64,000 bases of DNA from a virus. The stretch spans positions 1-64,000 of the IMG/VR virus record IMGVR_UViG_3300009509_000014; one strand, 5' to 3'. Under the pieces are notes generated by a model that saw only the letters and a list, made by a program, of their open reading frames with translations, made no database searches and was not told the origin of the DNA. This document shows positions 54,071-64,000 of this stretch, one piece after another. The position numbers were made by a program, and so were the translations under genes. Numbering within the stretch: the first letter of the stretch is position 1; the number at the start of each line of letters is the position of its first letter.

Positions 54071-54523
54071 ATGGCGAATTACAGATGGGACGAAGAAAAT
54101 CCTCTTGTTCTCTATATCGAAGACGAAGAGGTAAATCTTGAGACTAAGGGTGTGGAGTATGCAAGGCAGTTTGGTCGGCTAACTTCATGGCTTGGTCGAT
54201 ATGCACTTCCTGCGCTTGCGAGTGCGCTGGATGCTGGAGACATTGAACAGGGCGATGATTATAGCGTTGCCTTCAACCTCTTGGCGAACTTTATGGACCT
54301 TGGGTTCTCGCCAGAGTCACTCGTAGAGCTTTCTGGAATTCTGATCAATCGCGATGATGCGTTTGTTGAAGAATACTTTGATCCAGGATGGTTTGTAGAA
54401 GCACTCCTGAGATCGTTTGATTACCGGCCTGGAGTTAAGTCTGCGTTTGTGAGTTTGTATCAACGGTTTTTTCTGGCAATACGCACCAACTCCGATGATG
54501 CAGAGGATCAAGCATCAGATTAG
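54071..54523 (+). CDS. tail assembly chaperone (G-like)
   Basis: Between tube and tape measure; slippery T run near the 3' end. Confidence 0.75.
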   Translation: MANYRWDEENPLVLYIEDEEVNLETKGVEYARQFGRLTSWLGRYALPALASALDAGDIEQGDDYSVAFNLLANFMDLGFSPESLVELSGILINRDDAFVEEYFDPGWFVEALLRSFDYRPGVKSAFVSLYQRFFLAIRTNSDDAEDQASD

Positions 54524-54878
54524 ACAGGCTTATGGATACACTGACGAACAGATATTAAGCCATATTCAGGAATATAGTGAGGAGTGGGCTTATGACTCTT
54601 ATCAGTTTATCATGGAAGATAAGGTAACTCATTGGCAGACATTAATGGCAGTAATGCCATTGGCCAGAACGCCATCTGATAAAAAGTTCTCAAAGTCCTT
54701 GATAAAATACACAAAGGACTTGAGAAAGTCGATAGAATTAACATTTGCGCCTTGGATGGAGCAAAAGAGAATAGAGGCTATCAAAAAGAGGTTGGCAAAA
54801 CCTCCAGAGGGTGTAATGGTAGATGAAACTGGCAAGAAGATCGACCTTAGCGATCCGGAGTGGTGGAAAAAGTTATGA
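54495..54878 (+). CDS. tail assembly chaperone extension (T-like), probably reached by frameshift
   Basis: Overlapping ORF in the +1 frame; no SD. Confidence 0.65.
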   Translation: MMQRIKHQIRQAYGYTDEQILSHIQEYSEEWAYDSYQFIMEDKVTHWQTLMAVMPLARTPSDKKFSKSLIKYTKDLRKSIELTFAPWMEQKRIEAIKKRLAKPPEGVMVDETGKKIDLSDPEWWKKL

Positions 54879-55663
54879 GTAGGGATAAGTTTATAGTCCT
54901 TGACGATAGAGTAGAAGTAAGGTGGTCGTCCAGAACGAAGACACATTATGAATCACTAGGTTATGACTACACAATGATGGGTGACTCGTTCAGGGTTGAC
55001 GTTACAGACCTTCCGCCTAAGTCAAAGATGAAGGTTCTTGTACAGTGTCCGGAATGTGGGGCTACAAGAAGGGTAGCTTGGCAATCTATCGTTGATAAGG
55101 ATGATACATATTGCCAGAAGTGCGCTTCTAAAGTTGCAAACTTTGAGGATTTGACCGGACGAACATTTGGGCGGCTATTTGTTATAGCATTAGCAGATCG
55201 CCGTGGAGCTAGAGGGCAGTATTATTATACTTGCCAGTGTGACTGTGGGAATATCACAGAAGTTGAGGGCGGGTCCCTCTCTTTCGGCGCGACTCAATCT
55301 TGCGGATGTTTACAGAAAGAGATTTCTAGTGAGCGTATGAGCCAGATGACGGGCGAGAAAAACGCGATGTGGGATGCAACGAAAAGTGACGAAGATCGGT
55401 ATAGTAGGCATACAGAAGCCGATCATAAAAGATGGCGCGATGAAGTCCTTGAACGTGATGGATATGCTTGCAGAAGATGTGGGTCTGAGAAAACCCTTCA
55501 TGCACACCACATATTCCCGTATACTGCACATCCAGAGCTTAGAACGGACATAGATAACGGAATAACTCTATGTAATAAATGTCACTCTGCGTTTCACGGC
55601 GGGTATGGCGCGAATGCAACCAATGTGGAGCTTGAGGAATTTATGGAGGAGTATATTAGTTAG
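54875..55663 (+). CDS. HNH homing endonuclease
   Basis: DLTGRTFGRL.V, CQCDCGN, SCGC, RDGY.C..CG...HAHHI...NGITLC..CH..FH. Confidence 0.88.
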   Translation: MSRDKFIVLDDRVEVRWSSRTKTHYESLGYDYTMMGDSFRVDVTDLPPKSKMKVLVQCPECGATRRVAWQSIVDKDDTYCQKCASKVANFEDLTGRTFGRLFVIALADRRGARGQYYYTCQCDCGNITEVEGGSLSFGATQSCGCLQKEISSERMSQMTGEKNAMWDATKSDEDRYSRHTEADHKRWRDEVLERDGYACRRCGSEKTLHAHHIFPYTAHPELRTDIDNGITLCNKCHSAFHGGYGANATNVELEEFMEEYIS

Positions 55664-58600
55664 TGGCGACTCCAGTAATCATTGAAGTAAAGGCAAACGC
55701 CTCACAAGCCAAGCGCGAACTTAATAGCATTGGCGCATCAATGAAATCATTTGGCTCCAGTATACGGTCTGTTATAGCTATGTCTTCACAGGCCGTTACT
55801 GGTGTTCGCCAGATGGCACAGGGATTGCAAAACCTTGGTTTTACCATGTCTGCCATGATTGGCTTGCCAGTCGCAGCCGCTATGAAGAATATTGCTGAGG
55901 AAGCAACATCATTCGAAAAGGCTATGGTTGAGGTTGAAAAGACCACTGGTATTGCCAAGAAAGAGATTATGGATTTGGGCGAGCAGATTCGTGATCTCGC
56001 CATGACAACGCCAACATCTGCAAGGGAACTTGCAAATCTCGCTGCAGAAGCAGGCCGCGCAGGTGTTGGACTTGGTAACACTCTTGCTGGGAATATTGAG
56101 GGTGCAAAGGCTGAGATTCTGGAGTTTGTCCGTGTTATGGACATGATGCAGGTGTCTACAACGCTTACTGGAACGGAGTCGGCTAAAGCATTTTCAAGAA
56201 TCATAACACTGTTTGACGAGATAGACACAACTAATATTGAGAATTTGGGTTCGGCAATCAACGAGCTAGGTCAGGCTACTTCCGTTTCTGAGGATGAGAT
56301 CGTTGGGGCTATGTTGCGTATTGCGCCTGCGGCTGTAACCCTTGATATGACGGCGGCGCAGGTTGCTGGCCTTGCAACTGCAATTACCCAAATGTCAGAA
56401 AGTATGTCTCGCGGTGGTACAAGTGTTCGCGTTGCCCTTGACCAGATGGCTATCAATTATGAGGAAGCAGCCAAGCTGATCGGGGTAAGTACCGAAGAGA
56501 TGAAGAGCCGCATGAATGACGAAGCGTTGCCTGTCTTCATGGAGCTTGTCTATGCTATGGGGCAAATAGACGATGCGACAACGGCAACTGCCGTTGCGGT
56601 AGATATTTTCGGTACAACTGGTGGCAAGGCTGTAAGGAGATTCGCTGAAGCCTATCCAGAGCTACTAGAATTGATGGCATTGTCAAGCTACGCATTTGAA
56701 GAAGGCACATCACTTCAAACAGAGTTTAATCGTGCGTTAACGGCAACTGCTAGTCAATTTGATATCCTCAAGAATGCAATTACAGAGGCGGGGTTAAGAT
56801 TTGCTGATGACCTGCTCCCAATCGCGCAGGAGATAATCTCTGCATTGATACCAGCCGTCCAAGAACTAGCCGATTGGGTTGGGAACCTGACAGTGGAGCA
56901 GAAAATGCTTGCCGTTGGGATTGCAGCCTTGGTAACAGTCGGGCTTCCACTTTTGGCCCTGCTAGGTTCAATAGGTTTTGGGTTCTCAATGATCATCAAC
57001 GGTGCTGTGAATTTAATAGGTGGTATCGTTGGATTAACCGCGACTGTTCTTACTTTTGGCGGGGGCCTTGCTTCGTTAAGCACAATAATAACAGCACTCG
57101 CTGCACTTGTCGGAGGAGTACTTGTAGCGAAACTCATTGATGGCGGGAAGGGATTTGATGTCATCATGGAAAAGTTGCGCGAAGTTGCAAGTGGGGCATT
57201 TGATTGGGGCGAAAATTTAATCGCTAATATTGCAGAAGGTATAGTCTCTAGTGCGGCAACTGTGCTAGTGAATGCCCTGGAGTTTGTTGGGAATATAATC
57301 TCAAGTTTCTTGGAAGGTCACTCGCCTCCAGATGTTGGACCTCTTAGCACGATTGGTGAATGGGGTGCTAGACTTATAGACACTTATCTGCGGGGGTTCT
57401 TTAACGCAGATTTTAGTGTGCTGAAAAAAGTTTCTGGCATAATATCAGATGTACTACAAACATTTGTCGATATTGGCAGAATTCAAGATATAGATTTTGG
57501 GCCAATGCTTGCAAGCGCAAGAACATTCGTTGCAGAGTTTATTAACACATTTAATAAAACTGGTGTGATATCCGAAAGCATATTAAGTAAAATCTCTAGT
57601 ATGCTTGGGGAAACTGGCGACGAAATAACTAAACTATTGCGACTGCAAATGCAATACAACCAGGCTGTAAAAGAACTTGACAGAATTCGCCAAAGCATGA
57701 CCGACATAGAAGAATCTTACAGCGCAGAAGCCAGGGCAATCGCTGCGCGTACAGACCTTACAGAAGCAGAGAAGATGGTTGCGATTCGCTCTGCAAAGAA
57801 ACGTCGCGATCTTGCCCTTACAAATGCGGCAACAGAACGCGATGTGGCCCAGGATAATGTTGATAGCCTTAAAGATGAGGTTAGTTGGCAAGAACAATAC
57901 ATTGGCGCGATGCAGGATCAGGATGATGTTCTTACGGATCACATGAAGGTTATTAACAAGCTGACAAAGGCCATAAAGAGTGTTGGGAATGCTGTAAAGT
58001 CGCTTGCAGATAAGATTCGCGACTTGATAGCTGATCTTCTAAAACAGCTTGCATTGAACGAAAGGCTCAAAGAGCTTTATGAAAGCAAGGGAATGGACAC
58101 AACTCCGCTACTTAGAGAAGAGTTGAGTCTTCGCAAAAGACTGGTTAAAGCCCTGATGGAAAAGAAGCTTATGTTCGAAGAAATGAACAAAGAGCTTCCA
58201 GAGTCAGACTGGCTTAGCCTTTCGGCAGAAGAAGAAGCTATGATTAGCACCAATCTGGATCGCATACAAGAACTTGAAAGCTATCTTGACTCTCTTTCTG
58301 GAGCAAAGTCGGTCAAGATTCCATCAATTGATACGTCGGACGCCGATAAGGCGAAGGATGCAATAGACGACACAATCTCTCAGCTTTCAAGGCTTGGGAG
58401 TACAGTGTCAAATGTTTTGGCAGAAGGTCCAAAGTTTTGGGAGGCCTTCAAGGCTGGGTTAACCGGAGGTACAATTGAGCCAATTGTAGCTGGGATTGAT
58501 CCGAAAGATGCCAAGGGTGGCCTTCAAGAGTTTGGACAGATGTTTATCCCTGAGCTTGATTCTACATCTGCCAAGTTCTATGAGTGGGGACAGAAGATAA

Positions 58601-61488
58601 AAGAAGTCATTGATAAAGTCAAGACGAAAATTGAGGAGTTGACAACAGCTTGGGAAACTGCAAAAACTAAAATAACTACAACTATTGACAATCTCAAGGG
58701 TTCGGTAGATAGAATCTTTAGCGGTGGGAAGGTTGGTGCTACCGCAGGCGACATAGTTCCTGGCATACAGGAATTTGGGCAACAGTTCATTGTGGCCGAA
58801 GATGCCACTATGGGATTTGGAGAGAAGATTAAGAAGCTGCTCCCAATCCTTGCTGCCGGTGGAGCAGCACTGTTTGTGCTTCGTGGACCGTTGCTAAAAC
58901 TGCTAGGATTGCTTGCAGGAACAGGTGTTGTTGGAAAGTTTGGTTCAGCAATAGGGGGGCTTGTTGGTCCTAATGGGCCACTTGGAAGTTTGGCAGAATG
59001 GGCAACTGAGAGCCTTGGGATATTCCCGAAGATGAAGAGTGGTTTGGGGGCATTGACTGGGGTTGCTGGTAAGGCGAAGTCTGGATTTGTTGGTATGGGA
59101 GAGGGGCTTGCCAGGATTCTCGGTGTGGCATCAAAGAAGGTTGTAACCTTCATCAACCTGTTTGGCGCTAAGGGTGGCATAAAGGGTGCCGTTGCTCAGT
59201 TCGGCGGATTGTTAAAAAGCGGTGTCGGGAAAGGTCTTACTGGAGTATTGTCTCTCGCTAAAGGTGGAATTGGGACACTTATTGGGAGTATTGCATCTTC
59301 AATCGGCCCGATTGTTGCTACAATTGTAAAATTTATTGGCGCATTTACTGCAATTGGAGGCGCTGTTATTGCGGCCATAATTGCTGTAGTCGCAACCATT
59401 AAGTATATGAAGGATCATTGGGAGGACTTTAAGGATTCCTTTATAGAAATATGGGATAACATAAAATCTGCCATTAAAGGGTTCGTTGACAGCTTTAAGA
59501 AAGCTCTTGGTATCACCGGAGAGAAAGGTATAGATTTTAAGAAAATCCTTGATGACATTTATAAAAAGGCAGAGCCTGTTGCTAAATTCTTAGCTGGCGC
59601 ATTTACAAAGGCACTCCTTGTTATTAGCGGACTCCTTAAAACAGTATTGCCTGCTGTTGGCAAGGCCATTGGTGGGATATTCAAGGGCATTACCTGGGTT
59701 GCGTCTGGAATCTTAGATGTGCTTAGTGGTATTTTCAAGTTCTTTGAGGGATTATGGCACGGAATTTCTGATGGTGATTGGTCAATGCTTACAGACGCCT
59801 GGGAAAAGATTAAAGAGGGTGCCAAAGAAATCTTCGGCGGGATTGCCGTTGCAATTGGTGGTGTCTTTTCAGGTATATATGATGTTGTTGTCGGCGTTGT
59901 AAGGAATATCATAGACAGCATTAAGAAGGCAATTAGCGGAAACAAATTCCTGTCTTCGCTGTTTGGCGGTATAGGCGAATGGTTTAATAAAGTCAAGCAG
60001 TCGTTCCAGCCTGTAATTGATACGGTTAAAAATGTAATAGCCTATGTGAAGAAGGCATACAAGATTGTTAAAAGTGCATTTAGTTTTGGTGGAGCAGTAA
60101 AAGGCTTTGCCGCCTTGGCTAATGTTATTAAGCCACTAAAGAAGGTGCTAGGGCCAGTTTTGGAAGTATTCTGGAGGCTGTGGAAGGTTGTCAGCCCACT
60201 CATTGAAGCATTTAAGTCTGGATTTGCAGAGGGTGGATTTAAGGGTGCGTTTGAGAAAATTAAAGAGATATTGCCAGAGGTACTAGGGAATTTGTGGAAA
60301 TTACTTGGCAGTCTTGTAACGATGGTTCCGAAGATGCTCTCAGGAATAGCCCAAATGCTATGGCCTTGGATTCAGAATACACTAATTCCTTGGGTAATGG
60401 GGGTTGTAAATACTGTTTGGGAATATCTAAAAACGAATGTTCCAATTTGGGTAACGGCAATCTTAGCAGCCCTTGGAGTACTTGTTGCGAAGTTATGGTT
60501 GTGGATAACAGAAACGCTAATTCCTTGGGTTACTGGCATGATTTCACAGGTTTGGACATATATAAAAGATAACGCGCCAGTTTGGCTGAAGGCAATTATG
60601 GCCGTTCTTGAAACCGCAGCCGTTGCGATGTGGGGGTGGGTTTCTGGAACATTGATTCCTTGGGTGGTAGATGTAATTAAGAAAGTTTGGGATTATCTAA
60701 AAGAGCATGGACCTGACTGGATAGCCAAATTCCTAGAGATATTGGCGACAGTAGCAGTTGCAATATGGGGCTGGATAACAGAGACACTTATTCCGTGGAT
60801 TGTAGATGTTATAAGAACAGTTGCAGATTATATAGCAACGAATGGACCAAAGTGGCTAGCAAAACTCGCAGTTGTATTAAGGAGTCTTGCCGTGAAACTT
60901 TGGAACTGGATAACTACGACAGTAGTGCCGTGGCTGAAAGATATAATTGACAAGGGTAAAGAATGGCTTGGGAAGATTGCAACAGAGTGGTGGGAAAAAG
61001 TTAAGACTGGACTTAATAAGATAAGGGAAAAGTTCAGGACTATATTTGAGTCTATAAAAACAATCATAGCGTCTGCACTCAAGACTGCGATCAACGGAAT
61101 GATTAGCGCACTTGAGAGAGGTATAAACAAGGTTGTTGATGGAATAAACGACTTTATCAAGAAAATAAACACTATCCTTACAAAGATGGGGATTGGTGAA
61201 ATTGGGCTTCTTGGCAAGATCAGTATCCCAAGACTTGCAAAGGGTGGTATTGCCATACAAGAACAATTGGCAATAGTTGGCGATGTTCCAGAGGCAATTA
61301 TACCGCTTGACAGATTGCCTGACTTTATGGGTGTAGCGAACCAGGCACAGCAGCCAGTGCATATCGAAATAAGGGACAACACCGTGCGGAGTGAGGACGA
61401 CTTGCAGCAAATAATCCGCGCCGTAGAAAGGCAGTTGGGGATTAGCCTTGGAGCAAAAAGAAGGATGCTGTCTAGGAGCTTTGGATAA
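55663..61488 (+). CDS. tape measure protein
   Basis: 1941 aa helical; FEKAM.EV.K core; HSPP..GPL; Trp repeats; LAKGGI...VGD.PEAIIPL. Confidence 0.93.
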   Translation: MATPVIIEVKANASQAKRELNSIGASMKSFGSSIRSVIAMSSQAVTGVRQMAQGLQNLGFTMSAMIGLPVAAAMKNIAEEATSFEKAMVEVEKTTGIAKKEIMDLGEQIRDLAMTTPTSARELANLAAEAGRAGVGLGNTLAGNIEGAKAEILEFVRVMDMMQVSTTLTGTESAKAFSRIITLFDEIDTTNIENLGSAINELGQATSVSEDEIVGAMLRIAPAAVTLDMTAAQVAGLATAITQMSESMSRGGTSVRVALDQMAINYEEAAKLIGVSTEEMKSRMNDEALPVFMELVYAMGQIDDATTATAVAVDIFGTTGGKAVRRFAEAYPELLELMALSSYAFEEGTSLQTEFNRALTATASQFDILKNAITEAGLRFADDLLPIAQEIISALIPAVQELADWVGNLTVEQKMLAVGIAALVTVGLPLLALLGSIGFGFSMIINGAVNLIGGIVGLTATVLTFGGGLASLSTIITALAALVGGVLVAKLIDGGKGFDVIMEKLREVASGAFDWGENLIANIAEGIVSSAATVLVNALEFVGNIISSFLEGHSPPDVGPLSTIGEWGARLIDTYLRGFFNADFSVLKKVSGIISDVLQTFVDIGRIQDIDFGPMLASARTFVAEFINTFNKTGVISESILSKISSMLGETGDEITKLLRLQMQYNQAVKELDRIRQSMTDIEESYSAEARAIAARTDLTEAEKMVAIRSAKKRRDLALTNAATERDVAQDNVDSLKDEVSWQEQYIGAMQDQDDVLTDHMKVINKLTKAIKSVGNAVKSLADKIRDLIADLLKQLALNERLKELYESKGMDTTPLLREELSLRKRLVKALMEKKLMFEEMNKELPESDWLSLSAEEEAMISTNLDRIQELESYLDSLSGAKSVKIPSIDTSDADKAKDAIDDTISQLSRLGSTVSNVLAEGPKFWEAFKAGLTGGTIEPIVAGIDPKDAKGGLQEFGQMFIPELDSTSAKFYEWGQKIKEVIDKVKTKIEELTTAWETAKTKITTTIDNLKGSVDRIFSGGKVGATAGDIVPGIQEFGQQFIVAEDATMGFGEKIKKLLPILAAGGAALFVLRGPLLKLLGLLAGTGVVGKFGSAIGGLVGPNGPLGSLAEWATESLGIFPKMKSGLGALTGVAGKAKSGFVGMGEGLARILGVASKKVVTFINLFGAKGGIKGAVAQFGGLLKSGVGKGLTGVLSLAKGGIGTLIGSIASSIGPIVATIVKFIGAFTAIGGAVIAAIIAVVATIKYMKDHWEDFKDSFIEIWDNIKSAIKGFVDSFKKALGITGEKGIDFKKILDDIYKKAEPVAKFLAGAFTKALLVISGLLKTVLPAVGKAIGGIFKGITWVASGILDVLSGIFKFFEGLWHGISDGDWSMLTDAWEKIKEGAKEIFGGIAVAIGGVFSGIYDVVVGVVRNIIDSIKKAISGNKFLSSLFGGIGEWFNKVKQSFQPVIDTVKNVIAYVKKAYKIVKSAFSFGGAVKGFAALANVIKPLKKVLGPVLEVFWRLWKVVSPLIEAFKSGFAEGGFKGAFEKIKEILPEVLGNLWKLLGSLVTMVPKMLSGIAQMLWPWIQNTLIPWVMGVVNTVWEYLKTNVPIWVTAILAALGVLVAKLWLWITETLIPWVTGMISQVWTYIKDNAPVWLKAIMAVLETAAVAMWGWVSGTLIPWVVDVIKKVWDYLKEHGPDWIAKFLEILATVAVAIWGWITETLIPWIVDVIRTVADYIATNGPKWLAKLAVVLRSLAVKLWNWITTTVVPWLKDIIDKGKEWLGKIATEWWEKVKTGLNKIREKFRTIFESIKTIIASALKTAINGMISALERGINKVVDGINDFIKKINTILTKMGIGEIGLLGKISIPRLAKGGIAIQEQLAIVGDVPEAIIPLDRLPDFMGVANQAQQPVHIEIRDNTVRSEDDLQQIIRAVERQLGISLGAKRRMLSRSFG
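60358..60945 (+). repeat. 135-bp (45-aa) tandem repeats in the tape measure gene
   Basis: W..W...TLIPW recurs every 45 aa, about 4.5 copies. Confidence 0.8.
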
Positions 61489-63647
61489 TGAGTTATAAGT
61501 TAGGGATTGCAAACAACAGATATAATTTTACAACATTTGTGGAAGAAGACTACAGGGACTATATCATCCTTGATGGCAAAGGTACTGACAGAATAGTGGT
61601 CCCTACATTTAGCGGAATCACCAGTATACCTACCACGACAACCAAATCAATTGAAGGATGGTTTAGGTTTGACGGGTTTGGAGTAACTTCATCGCCCGTT
61701 ATTATGTCAAAAGGCAGCTGGAAAATTCAGATGCACCCGTCTTATTGGCAGCGGATAAGGGCAACAGCAGATTATTCTGTTACAGACTATTACGTCTACG
61801 AAGATGCAGAAACTCTTGGGTTTGCTCCTGGCGACTGGTTCCATATATACTTTACATCTGACTTTGGGTATATGAGCATGGCGGTGAATGGTGTATGGAC
61901 TGGTGGTAGTGCAGGAAGTGGTACATATACCAGCGATACCAGCGATGATTTAGTTATAGGGAATTACAAGTCGCCGTATGCTTACCCATTCAATGGGGCG
62001 ATTGGTTGGGTTAGGGCGACCAGTGGGACGGTAAGAAGGACTCCTGGAGTTCCTTTTACACCACCTTCAAGGACATCTCCGCCTGCATGGGACGCCAACA
62101 CCGCACTTCTTTTATGGCTGGATGAAGGCACTGGCACGAACATAGATGATCGCGCCACAGGCGATAATGACGGAACGCTTACTGGTGGTGCGTGGGCCAA
62201 GGAAACCGCGTATTGTATAGTTAGTGACGGAGGACTCAGGATTGATAAGCCTTCAATAAGATCGGTAGAATCCTATGGAACTGGCCGTGGAGGAACAAGT
62301 ATCAGCGAGACAAATTATGGCAAACGGAACATCTCGATTGAGTTTGAAATTATCGGTGACACATTTTCTGACATAATGCAAACTAAAGCGGAGATAGCGG
62401 CGATGATTGATTCTTGGTCCACTTCTGGATCTGCGGTAAATGTTCCAGGATCAACCCTTGTGTATTCCAACGATGGACTTGATGATTCTGTTCAGTTTGA
62501 TATATTGCGTGGGTGGGTAACACTCCCTGAAGATTTTATGTCGCTAGAGAAGCAGTCGTGGACGAAAGGAGACGGTGCCAAGACGGTGAAGGGCTGTATG
62601 CTTGATTTAGAGTGCAGGCCATTCGCAAGGGGCTTGGAGTATCAAGTGGCATCTGATAACGCAAACTTTTCTACAGATGGCTATTATGAAAACTCTATAT
62701 CCTTTAAGGCGACAAAAGGAGATGTGCAAAGCCCAGCAAGAATAAGGTTTTACTCCTACACAAGTGGGTGGGACTATGAGGAGTTGTGGGTAGGAATACG
62801 TGACACTGGCCTTGTTGACAATTTCGTATCAACTGTTGAGGCAGAGGACGGTGTATACTCTGGACACGGAGGAACACTATCATCAAAAAGCACATCATAT
62901 TCTGGAGACTCTGGTGACGCTACCGGAGGCTACCGTGTTAACTATAGTGTTACTGGCACGACTGCTAGAACATTGTTGTGGGAATCTCCCGCAAGCCCCG
63001 ATGTAGAATCTGTATATGATATTGGGCAGTACATTAGGGTAATTGCAACTGGTAGCTTCCAAGATAAGGGAGTATACCAGATGGCCGTTGACAACGCCAA
63101 TTCGTCAGAGATACAATACTTTAGGGGAGTCAGAGCGTCAGCCGCAACTGTTCCTGTTCTAGACCTTGGAACTTTGCCATGTATCCCTGGTGACGCAGTA
63201 TGGGACGATTTCGTGATCCCTCAATACTCTGAGTTGGAGCTTTACTATACACCGGATGATGCTAGCGAAACAACTACAATTAACCTAGACTGCTTTGTGT
63301 TTATACCAGTCGGGGATTATAAATACAAAAGAATCGGTGGCGATGGGTTTGAAATGTCCGGTAGTAATAATCCAGGAGCTACCCCAAGAACAGAATACAT
63401 GGAAGACGCCGTAAATGGCAGAGTTGTCATGCTTTACAACGACGTGAACATTCCATACGACGGGGAATATGACTACACAATTGCCATGAATATTGACTAT
63501 AGTGGGATGCCAATATACCTAACGCCAAACATAAACTCAAAATTGTTTATTACTGCGTATGATACAAGTGGACTTTGGGTTGCTGGGAGAACCATTGGTT
63601 TATGGATATATTCCACCCCGTACTACATAGAAATACCACAGGAGTAA
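61488..63647 (+). CDS. distal tail protein with LamG/concanavalin-like insertion
   Basis: SIEGWF, WFHI, FNGAI, LDEGTG lectin-like block; RNISIEFEI, LECRPFARG; follows the tape measure gene. Confidence 0.75.
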   Translation: MSYKLGIANNRYNFTTFVEEDYRDYIILDGKGTDRIVVPTFSGITSIPTTTTKSIEGWFRFDGFGVTSSPVIMSKGSWKIQMHPSYWQRIRATADYSVTDYYVYEDAETLGFAPGDWFHIYFTSDFGYMSMAVNGVWTGGSAGSGTYTSDTSDDLVIGNYKSPYAYPFNGAIGWVRATSGTVRRTPGVPFTPPSRTSPPAWDANTALLLWLDEGTGTNIDDRATGDNDGTLTGGAWAKETAYCIVSDGGLRIDKPSIRSVESYGTGRGGTSISETNYGKRNISIEFEIIGDTFSDIMQTKAEIAAMIDSWSTSGSAVNVPGSTLVYSNDGLDDSVQFDILRGWVTLPEDFMSLEKQSWTKGDGAKTVKGCMLDLECRPFARGLEYQVASDNANFSTDGYYENSISFKATKGDVQSPARIRFYSYTSGWDYEELWVGIRDTGLVDNFVSTVEAEDGVYSGHGGTLSSKSTSYSGDSGDATGGYRVNYSVTGTTARTLLWESPASPDVESVYDIGQYIRVIATGSFQDKGVYQMAVDNANSSEIQYFRGVRASAATVPVLDLGTLPCIPGDAVWDDFVIPQYSELELYYTPDDASETTTINLDCFVFIPVGDYKYKRIGGDGFEMSGSNNPGATPRTEYMEDAVNGRVVMLYNDVNIPYDGEYDYTIAMNIDYSGMPIYLTPNINSKLFITAYDTSGLWVAGRTIGLWIYSTPYYIEIPQE

Positions 63648-63650
63648 ACA

Positions 63651-64000
63651 GTGTCTAACATTAGTGTGAAATTGTATAACTCTACAGACGGGAGCGAACC
63701 GCTATTTGCTGGAACACACTATACTGAGGACTGGTCACGAATAGTTAGTAACCTGTCATTCTCCACAAAGAACCCTGGAGGGTTTAGCGAATGTGGATTT
63801 AGCATTACAACGGCTAGCCTTGAAGCATTCTCTGAGTATGCCGACTCTCTGTATAGGTGGGTTTCTGTAGAGGATGGGCTTGGACACGTACTGTGGCGCG
63901 GAAGGATCGAAGAGGTTTCTTATGAGCCTGGTCAAGTGTCGTTTGTTTGCGCGGGATCGTGGTCGTCAGCATTTGACACATTCTATGACGACGGATCATT
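63651..64000 (+). CDS. tail tip/hub protein (partial, runs off the window)
   Basis: AGGAG SD + GTG; open to the window end: MSNISVKLY...PGGF...LWRGRIEEV. Confidence 0.7.
   Translation, partial: MSNISVKLYNSTDGSEPLFAGTHYTEDWSRIVSNLSFSTKNPGGFSECGFSITTASLEAFSEYADSLYRWVSVEDGLGHVLWRGRIEEVSYEPGQVSFVCAGSWSSAFDTFYDDGS

Overview
This window is part of a large tailed dsDNA bacteriophage genome, siphovirus-like (short tube protein, no sheath gene seen, 1941-aa tape measure). It has two divergent arms. The minus-strand arm (1-27.6 kb) carries about 13 tRNA genes plus several non-canonical tRNA-like or structured RNAs, a CCA-adding enzyme, and replication, recombination and nucleotide-metabolism genes (beta clamp, RecA, SSB, RecU-like resolvase, class II RNR, dUTPase, three DNA methyltransferases). 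The same arm holds a five-gene operon (8.8-14.2 kb) that looks like a phage-encoded ubiquitin-like conjugation pathway: a Gly-terminated beta-grasp-like protein, an E2-like protein with Zn fingers, a ThiF/E1 enzyme, a Cys-His peptidase with Zn ribbons, and an unknown protein. The plus-strand arm (27.7-64 kb) is the morphogenesis module (terminase, portal, protease/scaffold, capsid, lysin, neck, tube, chaperones, tape measure, distal tail). It is interleaved with three glycosyltransferase domains, a sulfotransferase domain, a methyltransferase and three 14-aa-repeat fibre-like proteins. All calls come from manual motif recognition; no database searches were run.
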